From Eledone cirrhosa (lineage: Eukaryota), in contig OZ024743.1 of NCBI GenBank assembly GCA_964016885.1, positions 49,166,001 through 49,230,000 of the forward strand: a stretch of 64,000 bases of DNA. The letters are read 5' to 3'. Made by a program: the position numbers and the translations under genes. The notes beneath the pieces are model-generated. The model saw nothing but the letters and a program-made list of their open reading frames with translations. It was not told the origin of the DNA and searched no databases. Below are positions 1 to 12,671 of the stretch, in pieces. The first letter of the stretch is position 1. Each line of letters opens with the position of its first letter.

Positions 1-635
1 TAGGGCTGATGCTGGAATTATTTCCCACTTAATCACACTTCATTGAATGCATTTCTCCTTTCTACTTAGAAACATGTTACATCATCTTCAGCCATGTAAC
101 AGTGGCTAGTTTACCTGTCTATATTAAACAGTGTTTCCTGAAGTATGTCCAGCTGTAAAACATTCAGGTGCCAACAGTCTAGGGCAATCATAGTGCTAGA
201 CAATTTTAAATGATTACATCTACCTCAGTCATTAGCTGACTAACTCTGACTTGTAAAACAACTACTGACCTTAGTAAAACTGTTTTTTGTATGTAATTTC
301 ACATGTATCTCTGCCACCTACTGAAAATGGTTACAATTATTTTGTGTCAATGGTTCACACAAGGACAGTTATCTCTTGACAACACTGCTAAACTTTCTCG
401 TAAACAATTTCTTTGATTGCATTCTGAGATCAGGATTTTTTTTAAAATCAGTTGAGCCCTTCTTTTCAGTGTTAACCCTGGCATAATTCTCCTTCAACAC
501 CTCACAATGTCACTTAAGTTAAGTGTTTAATTTTATACTTTATTTACTTTTGTTATGCTTGTTTTGTTTGTAAGTTTTGTTGTTGATTTAAAGAATACTT
601 TGATGAAAACAACATATCTCTGTTACTGGCCCCAT

Positions 636-860
636 CATACATTCACATACATACATACACACACATATGCATACATACATTCACATATATACATACACAC
701 ACATATGCATACATACATTCACATATATACATACACATGCATACATACATTCACATATATACATACACACACATATGCATACATATATTCACATACATAC
801 ATATACATACATACACATATGCACACATACATTCACATATATACATAGATACACACATAA
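636..860. repeat. Compound (CATA/CA/TA) low-complexity tandem repeat
   Basis: Repeated 'catacattcacatatatacatacacacacatatg' units; explains the HTYI-rich ORFs 555-848 and 667-897. Confidence 0.9.
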
Positions 861-899
861 TAGCTGCAACTTGATTTTGAGTTATGCCATCGCCTGATA

Positions 900-1400
900 T
901 TAAGCATGAACATCTTGGACGTGGCTTTTAATCCTGCTAGGGACTTGTCTATCGCCAGCAATGACATGCATCGGAAAAAACGTCACATATCAAGCAATGC
1001 TTCTGCTTGAAGCTTTTTTAAGTGAGGAAAGGCTTTGCATGGAGCCAATCCCACTCTCTGAATATCAGATGCATTTATTTACCCAAAAAGAAGAACTGGT
1101 CTACATTATTGGATGCAAACGAAGTCGCAGGTTTTACATCAGAGTGACCTTCTCCTAGAGAGATGTCTTAATGAAGACTAGGAGTCTCTCGCTCCACAAA
1201 AGAAAAACTTTATTGGATGACAGTTGACTCTCCTGAGTTCCCCTGCCCTTTGGCAGGTCTTGTTTTTCATCCCACAGGGTGTCCAAAATCACCCTCCTCA
1301 CCAAGCAAGTTTGGTGGGGTTGCCGGTTTAGTCACCGGCGTCCCAACCATTCACAGGTTGTACTGGGTTACGTGTTACCAGCAGCGATGAAGAGCAACCT
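900..1400 (-). mobile_element. Interspersed repeat of uncertain class (possibly a LINE 5' UTR relic), homologous to 6940-7460
   Basis: 'aatcaccctcctcaccaag' (about 1287-1305) is the reverse complement of 'cttggtgaggagggtgact' (about 6943); other blocks such as 'acccaaaaagaagaac'/'gttcttctttttggga' also match in inverted orientation. Confidence 0.6.
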
Positions 1401-2268
1401 GACATAAATATACATACATACATATACACATACAAACTTGCATATGCACATACTTACCTGCATGCATACATACAGAAATTGGACATTAAAACAGAGGGGG
1501 GGGGATTCAGGAAGGGAAGGGCACTGCTCAGGATACTTTTCATCTTCTCCAATACTTGTGGAAGCCTGGAAGCCTGGCCCAAATGCTTGAAACATAGTGA
1601 TGGTGGTGTCAAACTAAAGTATTAAGTCTACAACACAAATAGGTCACAGTGAAATTTTAACTTAAAATGCAAGGTTACGGAAGGTATGTCACATAGCATC
1701 TCATCCAATTCTCTAACAATTCTGCTATCCACCACCCTGAATTGCTGCTTAATTTTATTGATTCCAAAAATATGAAAGGTAAAGTTGACTTCGGCATGAA
1801 CTAATGACTTTGTCAATTTGTCTTCCATAAACCATAAAGAATATAAATTATTATGAATTAATTAAAGACTATTTTATGTGTATATTTTGGGAAAAGTTTC
1901 CACACAGGACTCTTACCTAGAGTTTACAAAGGTAGGAATGAGTCTACCTATTCAAAATAAGATCATGTAATAATATATCTCATTGTTAATATTCAAGTGA
2001 AGCTGTATGGCCTATTGGATAAAATGATAGGTTCATGATAATAAGGTTGTGGTTTTGATCTTCATACCAGGCAGCACATTGTATACTTAAGCAAGGCACT
2101 TCATTTTACATTGCTTGAGTTTACTCAATTGAAAAAAAATGAATATCAGCAGCAACATGGGTGTTAAGTTTTTGCTGGACTGGCATCTTGTTCAGTTGGG
2201 TAGTCTTGTACTCTCAGTCACTCAAAGCCTCATGAAGCTGGAATAAGCCTTTAGGCTCAAAACAGACT

Positions 2269-2484
2269 TTAACCCTTTAACATTTAAACTGGCCATATCT
2301 AGCCAGGATTCTCTCATTTCTTTCTGTTCAAGCCAGCTGTAACTGGCCACTTATACTGATGTTAAGGTATTGTTCTCAAAATAAATAATATCAAAAGCTC
2401 ATAGATTCGATATTATGTGAGGTAAAGCCTTTACCATGAAAATATAATAGTAAATATAGAATAATGTAAATGCTAAAAGGTTAA
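2269..2484 (+). mobile_element. piggyBac-type MITE (about 220 bp)
   Basis: TTAA-CCCTTTA(A/G)CATTTA ... TAAATGCTAAA(A/G)GG-TTAA: terminal inverted repeats flanked by TTAA; several copies in window. Confidence 0.8.
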
Positions 2485-2986
2485 TAATATTCAAGTGAGG
2501 ACCTAAAAGCATTCCACATCAAGTATACATTTACTATTACTGACATTTGGTAGTCTAGCAATTTACTGTATACTATTAATCATTTACTTGCAATTTTTAT
2601 TAATTAAGCTGTTATTTCTAAGTGATTTTCTAGAACATTGTGATAAATACCTACTCTAATATACAGGTAAGTATAAAACTGATTATTGGGTTTAAAACTC
2701 TTTCAGTCTCAAGGTGAAAAGAAGATCAGGGGTTGTTTATAGACAGGAGAATATTTCCAAAGAAATGTATTAGAAAGTAAAAAACAATAGCAGTAAAGAA
2801 AAGAACATAAACATTGAATACACAAATGATCAGAAATGTTTCTATCTTTGTATTTAGAGAAATAAGTAATTAAATAGAATTAAAACAGAATTTTTAAAAA
2901 TAATTAAATAAATTGTGCCAAAATTGTTTTTAGTTTGGGCAGTTTTTCTTCCAGTTGAACTGTAAAATTTCTGGCAAGAATTTTAC

Positions 2987-3050
2987 ATTGCATAAAGCAG
3001 TTTATTTCTTATATAATTTATTATATAAAAAATAAACTGCTTTATGCAAT
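2987..3050. repeat. Near-perfect 30-bp-arm palindrome
   Basis: attgcataaagcagtttatttcttatataa / ttatataaaaaataaactgctttatgcaat, 4-nt loop, 1 mismatch. Confidence 0.9.
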
Positions 3051-4459
3051 TTTGAGACAAATCAAAATAATGTTGGAACAATTATAGATAGCAATTTGGC
3101 AAAGTCATTAGAATGTTGGATTAAGTGCCTCAGTATATATTCTGGCTCTTCATGTTCTGAGTTCAAATTTCCCTGAGATTGACTTAGCTTTTCTACCTTT
3201 CCTAGACAAAAAAATAAAGTATTATTACCTATCCAGAGGTAATGAATTACTGGAATTGTTAAAAAGAGTTGACTGGGATAATTTACAGTAACTGCTCCAG
3301 CTGTACCAAACTCACCAACCCCTTGGTCTGAACTGGCACGTTATTTTATTGACACTGAAAAGAGGTTGACTGAGATGGAACTCTCCGTTTTTCCATTGTC
3401 TTTATTCTGTGCCTGCCCCCTATCCATTTTGAATACATATTCTAAAGACTTAACTATGTGGGCTTTTCTTGAAACTATCATATAATTGATGTCACTGCCT
3501 GGTCTGTCTTCCCCTATTCACCCTTCTTACCTTTTGTCTGCGCGATAGACTGCAGTCCACATTATACTTTTCTATTTTTTTTATTTCTCCTATTTCTATA
3601 TTTTTTCTCCTTTGGCTAAGCCCTTGCACCCTGTTCTCTCCCTTCTTTGTCTGTTGACACATTTGAAATGCTTTTATGTCTTTATTTGTGTAATTTATGA
3701 GAGGCATAAATTGTCTTGTCTTTGTCTCTGTTTTGTTATGTCCCAATGTGCACTGGAATAAACAGTATCAATCTTAATGTACCCAAACTGTAGTGGTTTC
3801 CAGAGGTTGACTAAGGATTGTCTGTTTTTCCGTTGTTTTTTCCATTGTCTTTGTCCTGTTTTGAATATATATATATATAGGCTAGAAATACCGTCCAAAT
3901 CCTCCTCTTAAAAATGAAAAGGCATATTAGACAATATAGCCCTAGATAGTTATAAAAAGATAGTACTGTCATGTCTTTGATCATAGGTCTTACCACAGTT
4001 TGTACCACCCCTAATACCTATGTTGGCATTCACACAAGATAAGTGGCACTAACTCCAACCAGTGGACCCCTAGCATTACCAACAAAAGCCAATTTCGCTT
4101 GACTATCACATATGTTTGATGTTGAGCTCATCCACCAGATGCAGACACTATACATACAAGGGATCAGCAATTCATATCCTATCAGTGTTGTGGGCTTCAC
4201 TGTACTGTCTCATTAATCAAGATAATCAACACTCCAGTCCACCTAACTATAAGGAAGTACCATGATACAGCTCACTTTACTGTCCTTGACCAAGATATTT
4301 AACTGCCAATTGTCTAGTCTATTTAGCCATAAGAAAGTAACACAAGGTGGCACGTAGTTCACTATACTGTGTCATTAACCAAGATACTTAACTCTCAACA
4401 GTTCAGTCCATTTGACCATAACCCTTTAGTATTTACATTACTATATATATACTATTATA

Positions 4460-4689
4460 TTAACCCTTTAGTATTTACATTACTATATATATACTATTGT
4501 ATTTTTTATGGTAAAGGCTTTATCTTACATAATTATCTCACATAATATCGAATCTATGAGACTTTGATGTTATTTATTTTGAGAACAATACATTAACATA
4601 AGTATGAGCAGCCAAGTATGGCCAGTTTCAACAGAAAGAGGTGAGAGAATTCTGGCTGGGTATGGCTGGTTTAAATGCTAAAGGGTTAA
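4460..4689 (-). mobile_element. piggyBac-type MITE copy, with a duplicated left end at about 4419-4459 and a decayed neighbour at about 4790-4997
   Basis: ttaaccctttagtatttaca ... taaatgctaaagggttaa; internal sequence is the reverse complement of 2269-2484. Confidence 0.8.
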
Positions 4690-5086
4690 TTAAGGAAGAC
4701 TTTGGAAGGATTTCTTTACAGAGATAGTGTGTAACATATCTTAAATGATTCTTATACAAAATTATGCTGGAAGGTTTTAATTTAACTAGGAACTTTAGAG
4801 TCTATATTTACTATTGTATTTTTTCTCAGTAAACATTTTATTTCATATAATTATCTCACATAATATCTATGAGACTTTGATGTTATTTTGAGAACAATAC
4901 CTTAACACAGTATGAGCAGCCAGTTACAGCCGGTTTGAACAGAAAGAGGTGAGAGAATTCTGGCTGGATATGACCGGTTTAAATGATAAAGAAGGTAACA
5001 CAATGTGGTATGCAGTTTATTATACTTTGTCATTTACCAAGATACATAACTATCAACAAACCAATTCATCAAGCTCTAAGAATAAA

Positions 5087-5368
5087 CCACAATGTGGTCC
5101 ATCTAGTTGTATGTAGGTACCACAATGTAGTCCATCTAGTTGTATGTAGGTACCACAATGTGGTCCATCTAGTTGTAGGTAGGTACCACAATGTAGTCCA
5201 TCTAGCTGTAGATACGTACCACAATGTAGTCCATCTAGCTGTAGGTAGGTACCACAATGTGGTCCATCTAGTTGTAGGTAGGTACCACAATGTGGTCCAT
5301 CTAGCTGTAGATAGGTACCACAATGTGGTCCATCTAGCTGTAGATAGGTACCACAATGTGGTCCATAG
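5087..5368. repeat. 33-bp minisatellite, about 8.5 copies
   Basis: Unit accacaatgtggtccatctag(t/c)tgta(g/t)(g/a)taggt. Confidence 0.95.
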
Positions 5369-6854
5369 CAGCAGTAGTAGTACCAACACCAGTGGCTCTA
5401 TGTGGTGGTGGTCACTTTACTTTGCTGTGAAATAATCTGTCTGCCCACCCTGTCCCCAACCAGCTACTGTAATCAACAGACAGAACATCTTTTTCACACA
5501 TATCACAACTGTAACACAACTGTATCACAACTGTATCACCACTGTAACACAACTGTATCACAACTGTAACACTCAAAAGTAAAATGCCTCTCCCTCCCTT
5601 TGCCATACTCACATTATACACACACACTCTCTCTTTTTCTCAATCATCACCTCTCTCTTGCTTCTCACTCCCTCTCTCTCACACTTTCCTCCACCTCTCC
5701 CTCTCTTCTCTCTCATACACACATGTATATATGTATGTGTTTATATATGCATTTGTTTCTCCTTTGCATTGACACTTTTTGCTCTTTTTTTATGTCTCCC
5801 ATAAACTGAGCAGCTCAACATGCAAAGGCTGGTACCTTACTTAAAAACAAGTGTTGGGGTCAGGAACGACATCCAGCTGTACAATATTACCTGAAAAAAA
5901 AAAATGCTCTATTCCAACCCATGCTAGTATGATACATCTAAACTCCAATATGTATCTGCTAAGCACTTAGTGATATGACTGGGGCTTCTACCACTAAAAC
6001 ACTGTAGAAACCTCCTATGATATGTAACCTTGTACAAGGCCAGCTTAATCTATGTAGGTGTGAGCTGTAACAATAACAAAATCATCATCATCATCATCAC
6101 TGTTTAGCGTCCATTTTTCTATGTTTGCACGGGTTAGATGGGTTGTCAACACCAGGAGGCATGTCTGGTCAGATTTGGCCAGGTATTTTACAGCTGGATG
6201 CCCTTCCTAACACCAACCACATTTACGGCGTGGAACTGGTTGGCTCTGTTATGAGGAGGGTCAGGCCAGTTGGCTGCACCAAACCCATCTCACAGTGGAA
6301 CCATAGTTTTGAGGCCCGGTACTGGAGGACACCACTATGAGGAGGGACAGGCATGGAACACAGTTTGGGAGCCTGGCGTTGGATGGCACCACTATGCAGA
6401 TCTTACATAAAACACAATTGTCATATGATGACCACTTTGTTTGAAATGGTAATTTCATATCTTCTTCCTTACCTCTCACTCTCTCACAGTGTTGACAAGA
6501 TGGTTAGTGATACAACAATAGTTATCTATCTATCAAACAATAGATTCAACACATATCTATCTAGATACCTCTATATCTATCTTTCTTTGTCTGTCAATCT
6601 GTAGTTATCTATTTATGTATGTTTACTATTTTTGGTTAGGAACAACAATAATAACAACAAAGCTCAAATCGTATTAGCAATTAGGAGATAAGATTATATA
6701 GAACAAAGTAATTGTAATTTAGTGCCTATATGATTGATAAAGACCATATGGAATAAAATTATTGTAATTGTCATATATGAATATAAAGTGAAATATTTTT
6801 TATTATAAATTTTGTTATTTTTATACTACTACTACTACTACTACTAGACACACA

Positions 6855-6902
<48 letters not shown>

Positions 6903-6939
6903 TATGTGTGTACATATATATATGTGTGTATATATAGGT

Positions 6940-7460
6940 TTCTTGGTGAGGAGGGTGACTTTCGACATCCTGCAGGACTAAAAGACTAAAAACAAAACCT
7001 GTCAAAGGGCAAAGGAGCTCTTAAGAGTCAATGGCCATCCAAAATCACCGAGAGAGATGACCCCTTAGCCTTTGTCAAGGCAGAATTCTAGGAGAAGGAA
7101 AACTCTGATATAACACCTGCAACCCTGATGGTATCCAATGATGTTGACTTGTTCTTCTTTTTGGGAAATATCATCTTGGTTAAGAGAGTGGGACTGGCTT
7201 TGTGCAGTGCCTTTGCTCACTATAAAAGCTTCATGGCACAGGCATTGCTTTATATCTGGAGATCTCTCTGCACTTGTCATCACATGGTACCATGGGCCCA
7301 GCACTATGTGTCAATAATTGTCACAAGTGTAGTGTTTGTACTAGAGTTTTCAAGTCGTTGGCTGGACTAAAAAGTCACACTTGTTCAGCGCATCAGTAGG
7401 GGTTCTCCTACATGGATATAAAGTAGTGGCCGTACTCGAAAACGAGTTGGCAGCCACCAT
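6940..7460 (+). mobile_element. Interspersed repeat, second copy of the 900-1400 family, flanked by (TA)n
   Basis: Inverted homology to 900-1400; contains 'ctaggagaaggaaaactctga'. Confidence 0.55.
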
Positions 7461-7675
7461 ATATATATATATATATATAAATGGAAAAGAATGAAATGAA
7501 ATTTCATTTCTCACTCTTAGTACGGCTGATACTTAAATATAAGTATGTATATGTATGTATGGGTTTACCAAACATTTATTATAATGTTCAGTTTGTTTGT
7601 AAACAAACATCCCGAATTAAGCCGTACAGTGTTCGGCAACGATCGTTGCCCTTTTGTTCAACACTGACAAAGGAA

Positions 7676-7716
7676 CGATGAACTAGTTTCTAGCTTATTA
7701 GCTGTCATCAGCACCG
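7676..7716 (-). ncRNA. Minimal type I hammerhead ribozyme (family A)
   Basis: Minus strand: CGGUG-CUGAUGA-cAGCU-aaua-AGCUa-GAAA-CUAG-UU-CAUCG; stem I CGGUG/CAUCG, palindromic CUAG stem III. Confidence 0.75.
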
Positions 7717-8002
7717 TATACCTTCCTGCCAGATGATTGAATGTCTGAAAGTATATACTTTCCTTATGCATATTAATGGCTGAGCAGCCTAATTTGCATA
7801 TCGAGTGAGTTAATCGGCCGGAGTACCGAAAACGATAAACGTAAAAAATGAAACGAAATTTCATTTCTCACTCTTAGTACGGCTGTTACTTAAATATAAG
7901 TATGTATACATACATATATGCATGCAGACGTACAGTAGTATGTATATATACATACATGCACACATATATATATGTACATATGGATTCTGGCAGGAAGGTA
8001 TA

Positions 8003-8043
8003 CGGTGCTGACGATAGCTAATAAGCTTGAAACTAGTACATCG
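8003..8043 (+). ncRNA. Minimal type I hammerhead ribozyme (family A)
   Basis: CGGTG-CTGACGA-tAGCT-aata-AGCTt-GAAA-CTAG-TA-CATCG; stem I extends beyond a bulge (aggaa/ttcct, ctggca/tgtcag). Confidence 0.8.
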
Positions 8044-8175
8044 TTCCTTTGTCAGTGTTGAACAAAAGAGCAACGATGGTTGCTAGACACTGTACGGCTT
8101 AATTCGGGATGTTTGTTTACAAACATACCGAGCATTATAATAAATGTTCGGTAAATCCATACATACACATATATA

Positions 8176-9342
8176 TGGGTGACAAAATCAGCAGTGGGGG
8201 AGGGTGCTCTGAAAGTACAGTAGCTAGAGTCAGAACTGGATGGAAAAAGTTCAGAGAGCTTATACCACTATTAGCCGCTAGAGGGTTCTCCCTAAAAATG
8301 AAAGGCAGGTTATACGATGCCTGCATACGAACAGCAATGCTGCATGGCAGTGAGACCTGGGCATTGTGTGCAGAGGATATACGCAGACTAGAGAGGAACG
8401 AAGCTTGCATGCTCCGCTGGATGTGCAATAGTAATATACGTGAACGGCAAAGCATAAACGAACTAAGGAAAAAATTAGAAATAAGAGGGATCAGATGTTG
8501 TTTACTCGAGAGAAGGCTACGTTGGTACGGTCACGTGATGCGCATGAAAGACGACAGCTGTATAACAAAGTGCAGGGCAATAAAGATAGACGGTAGCCAC
8601 GGAGTAGGCAGACCCAGAAAAACATGGGACGAGCTGATAAATTCCGACCTCACACGCTTACACCTCTCCAAGACAATGTCACTGGACCGAGACCTTTGGC
8701 GGTACTCAGTAATAGAGAAGACCCGCCTTACCTAAATACAAAGTAAAAACCTACTACAGTCAGTAGGCATCTCTATCAAAACGCACCCCCGTCCCTCCAC
8801 CCCACCCACACCGCCCCTTTCAATGTAGAGTTATGTTGGTCCCACAACATCCAGGCCGAAACAAATGAGATCGTGTAGGTGTCACGACAAAAAAACACAC
8901 AGTCCACGCTGTAAATGTGGCCGTGTAGGCAACACGGTAAAAACCTCCCAGCCCCACACTGTAAATGTGGTTGGTGTTAGGAAGGGCATCCAGCTGTAGA
9001 AAACCCGCCAGACAGTCCACGCTGTAATGTGGCCGCGTAGGCAACACGGTAAAAACCTCCCAGCCCCACACTGTAAATGTGGTTGGTGTTAGGAAGGGCA
9101 TCCAGCTGTAGAAAACCCGCCAGACAGTCCACGCTGTAATGTGGCCGCGTAGGCAACACGGTAAAAACCTCCCAGCCCCACACTGTAAATGTGGTTGGTG
9201 TTAGGAAGGGCATCCAACTGTAGAAAACCCGCCAGACAGTCCTATGCGAGCAAGACAACCACTCTTGCCTCAAGTGGGAAAACCCCCGTCCAAACCCATG
9301 CAAGCGTGGAACACGGACGCTAAACCTGATGATGATGATGAT
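8176..9342 (+). mobile_element. 5'-truncated RTE-clade LINE (RT C-terminus, 3' UTR with about 119-bp internal triplication, (GAT)n tail)
   Basis: ORF to 8735: 'LHGSETW...ERRLRWYGHVMRM...GRPRKTW', typical RTE C-terminus; near-identical to 30649-31970 and 35606-37017. Confidence 0.92.
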
Positions 9343-9419
9343 ATATGTGTGCATGTATGTATATATATATACATACTACTGTACATCTGTATACATATAT
9401 GTATGTACGTATACATACT

Positions 9420-9456
<37 letters not shown>

Positions 9457-9494
9457 TGAGGCCCTCAGTCAGCCATATATATATATATATATAT

Positions 9495-11095
9495 CGTGAG
9501 GTCCTCAATCAGCCATCCCCCAATACAGTCTTAGAGCTTGACTGGGAGGAAGCGAGCTACCAGCTGGATGTACGACTAGACGACATCACAAGAGCTGAGG
9601 TGGCCAAGGCCATCCGCTGCCAAAAGAATAACAAAGCGGCAGGGCGGATGACATTCCTGCAGAGCTTTTGAAGCATGGCAAGGATGTAATAGAGGAGCAG
9701 CTCACCCATTTATGCAATGTGATTTGGCAAGAAGAGGAGGTGCTGGAGGACTGGGGAAATGGAGTGATTGTACCACTACCAAAGAAGGGCTGTCTCAGCG
9801 ACTGCAACAACTGGAGAGGGATCACGTTGCTATCTGTGCCAGGGAAGGTATTCTGCACAGTCATCCTGAACCGGCTGAGAGCAGAAATAGATCTTACGAG
9901 ACGAACAGGCTGGCTTCCACAGTGGAAGGTCTTGTTCAGAGCAGATCTTCACTCTCCGAAATATCATTGAACAATGTCGGGAGTTCCACAAGTTCCTTGT
10001 TGTCAACTACGTTTGACTTCAGGAAAGCTTTCCACAGTGTTCATCGGGAGTCATTGTGGAGGATTGTAAGACTCTACGGTGTTCCAGAGAAATATATTAA
10101 CAGGTCGCTGTACCGACATTCCAGGTGCTGCGTTAGGACAAAGGACGGAAACATGGAAATGTTTGACATCTTGACGGGTGTTCGACAAGGCTGCATCCTT
10201 TCGCCTTTCCTTTTCCTCATTGTGATCGATTTCATCATGAAGAAGACAATGAGTGACCCTCGTTTTGGCATCAGTTGGGATGGAAGGAGATTAAGCGACC
10301 TGGACTTTGCCGATGACATCGCAGTGATAGGCCATTCCCGAGAAGACCTGCAAGAGATGACAAACGTTCTAAATGACAATGCAAAGAAAGTTGGCCTGCG
10401 CATCAGTTGTGAAAAACCCAAGACCATGTCGACAGGTGACCCTCCAAATCCTCCCATCATGGTTGGTCAGCGTAACATTGAATGTGTAAACCACTTCCAA
10501 TACCTTGGCAGCAACATCTCTGACGATGGGGATGCTGAGGTGGATGTGCGCACAAGGCTGGGAAAAGCAGCGGCGGTCTTCCAGCGACTCCATCCGGTAG
10601 GGCCCAGGTGTTCCATCGGCAACGCCGTCAAATTCCGTGTTTACATGTCCATTGTAGTACCAACAGCGATATATGCCTGTGAGACATGGAAGAGTACGGA
10701 AAGTGTATGTAACAAGCTATATGTATTCCACCGTCGTTGCATTCGGACCATATTGAAAATTTCATGGAGAGACCAAGTTAGCAACGAGGAAGTGATGTGG
10801 AGTTCAGGATTGGAGAGGTTAAGGGACATTGTCCGGAAAAGGAGACGGCGATTCGCGGACCACATCCTTCGTTTGCCGGCAGATCGACCTGCTCATATTG
10901 CCATGGATTGGGTACCAGAAGGTAGCAGGAGAGAACGGGGAAGACCACGAAAAACATGGCGGAGCACATTCAGGGAGGACCTGCGGGAGATGGGAATTAC
11001 CTGGAGAGGTGCTGGAAGAGCCGCCAGTGACAGGATCAAGTGGAGGAAGCTCGTCGCCCAATGCTCCACAAGGGACTGGAGGAACTAAGACTAAG
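9495..11095 (+). mobile_element. 5'-truncated, frameshifted RTE-clade LINE of a second family (no PHD insert)
   Basis: 'VPLPKKGCLSDCNNWRGITLLSVPGKVF', 'DFRKAF', 'GVRQGCILSP', 'LDFADD', 'FQYLGS', 'YACETW', 'GRPRKTW' across frames; ends 'ggaggaactaagactaag'. Confidence 0.93.
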
Positions 11096-11113
11096 ATATA
11101 TATATATATATAT

Positions 11114-11115
<2 letters not shown>

Positions 11116-11145
<30 letters not shown>

Positions 11146-11482
11146 TTTACGTCCGCTTTTCCCTGCTTGCAAGGGTGGGACGGGAACTGATTCTGGCTTG
11201 ATTTCTACAGCTGGATGCCCTTCCTAACACCAACCTCATTTACAGTGAGTGCTGGGTGCTTTTTTTTCCGTGGCACCTACACGTCCACTTTACAGTGTGG
11301 GCTGCGTGCTTTTTTGCCGTGGCACCTCAACGACCACTTTGCAGTGGAATGATATGGACCCCAGTCCTATCATCTCATTTCTACAGCTGAGATAACTGGA
11401 GCAATGTGAAATAAAGTGTCTTGCTCAAGGAAACAACACATCACCCGGTCTGAGAATTGAACTCACAATCTTTCGATTGCAA

Positions 11483-11485
<3 letters not shown>
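11116..11485 (-). mobile_element. tRNA-derived CORE-type SINE with RTE-like 3' tail
   Basis: Reverse complement of the 47799-48140 SINE: B-box 'gagttcaattc', CORE-like 'ccttgagcaagacactt', (GAT)n tail. Confidence 0.85.
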
Positions 11486-11518
<33 letters not shown>

Positions 11519-11521
<3 letters not shown>

Positions 11522-11940
11522 TATGAAGAGAGAAGAAACATTTAGATATAATTAGTAATAAAATGTATCATACCTAAACTGTTCCTAGATTCCTCGACTA
11601 CGTAGTTTCGTGGCATAAACAAAAACAATACATCATAAAGATATAGTATCTCCCCCTCCGCCTTTTGGGATTCTTTCTCACGTCGTGTAGACGCATTCTT
11701 GAGGCTAGTAAAATGAGGTATCCTCTTGATAAGTCGGCAGACCTCGCAAGGACTCTATATCTTTATGATGTATTGTTTTTGTTTATGCCACGAAACTACG
11801 TAGTCGAGGAATCTAGGAACAGTTTAGGTATGATACATTTTATTACTAATTATATCTAAATGTTTCTTCTCTCTTCATAATGTATTTTTAACTCTGATAC
11901 TGGTTCAGTCTAGTTCAACCGGATTGGTCTGTCCCAGTCA
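11519..11940 (+). mobile_element. Fold-back element (about 127-bp perfect inverted arms) containing a decayed hammerhead (family C)
   Basis: 11519-11646 is the reverse complement of about 11755-11883; tcctc-TTGATAA-gtcggca...tgccac-GAAA-ctacgtag-TC-gagga at 11721-11810. Confidence 0.65.
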
Positions 11941-12041
11941 TTCATTGAGCAACATCGGTGAGGTTGGCACCCTTAACTCACGGTTGGGTGTGGATGCATT
12001 CATGTATATGTGTGTGTCTGCATGTATCTGTGTGTTTCTAA

Positions 12042-12093
<52 letters not shown>

Positions 12094-12098
<5 letters not shown>

Positions 12099-12410
12099 CA
12101 TTGGCCTTGCAATCAAAACGTTGTGAGTTCAATTCTCAGACCGGGTGATGTGTTGTTTCCTTGAGCAAGACACTTTATTTCACATTGCTCCAGTTTACTC
12201 AGCTGTAGAAATGAGATGATAGGGACTGGGGTCCATATCATTCCACTGCAAAGTGGTCATGGAGGTGCCACGGCAAAAAAGCACCCAGCACTCACTGTAA
12301 ATGAGGTTGATGTTAGGAAGGGCATCCAGCTGTAGAAATCAAGCCAAAATCAGTTCCCGTCCCACCCTTGCAAGCAGGGAAAAAGCGGACGTAAAATGAA
12401 ATGATGATGA
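12094..12410 (+). mobile_element. tRNA-derived CORE-type SINE
   Basis: 'agagcattggccttgcaatcaaaacgttgtgagttcaattctc...ccttgagcaagacactt...ttgcaagcagggaaaaagcggacgtaaaatg'. Confidence 0.88.
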
Positions 12411-12671
12411 TATATATATATAGAGAGAGAGAGAGGGAGGGAGCACTACAGTCCCTATTATTCATACATCAGAGAAACTTTCTAGGATATGCAATCTTGT
12501 TAGAAGCGAGGTAAACCTAGAGAGGTGTTAGCTGTAACAGCAACTCTTTGCTGCTAAGCAACCAGTGTAGGTGAGGAATGGTAGAAAGGATGGTTGGTTC
12601 CAACCAAAATAGAATTATTCACTGTTGCTACCACTGGGATTTTGTCTGAATATTTCCTCTTGAATCTATAC

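Larger units (their letters stand above)
7481..9430. mobile_element. Hammerhead-bearing non-autonomous element, family A (Penelope pLTR/retrozyme-like): about 360-bp unit, partial tandem repeat and inverted arm, interrupted by an RTE LINE
   Basis: Direct repeat 'atgaaa(t/c)gaaatttcatttctcactcttagtacggctg(a/t)tacttaaatataagtatgtat' at about 7491 and 7848; 7985-8170 is the reverse complement of about 7555-7735; the inverted arm resumes at about 9343-9425 after the LINE; second copy at 48166-48870. Confidence 0.8.

Noticed and set aside
1230-1400. HDV-like ribozyme suggested by 'ccctcctcacc'
   Set aside because: Could not build the nested P1/P1.1/P2/P3/P4 pairing by eye; only a simple hairpin is evident
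2634-2666. Possible 33-nt micro-exon (ttctag|...cag|gtaagt; NIVINTYSNIQ)
   Set aside because: Splice-like motifs are common by chance in AT-rich DNA and the peptide is not recognisable
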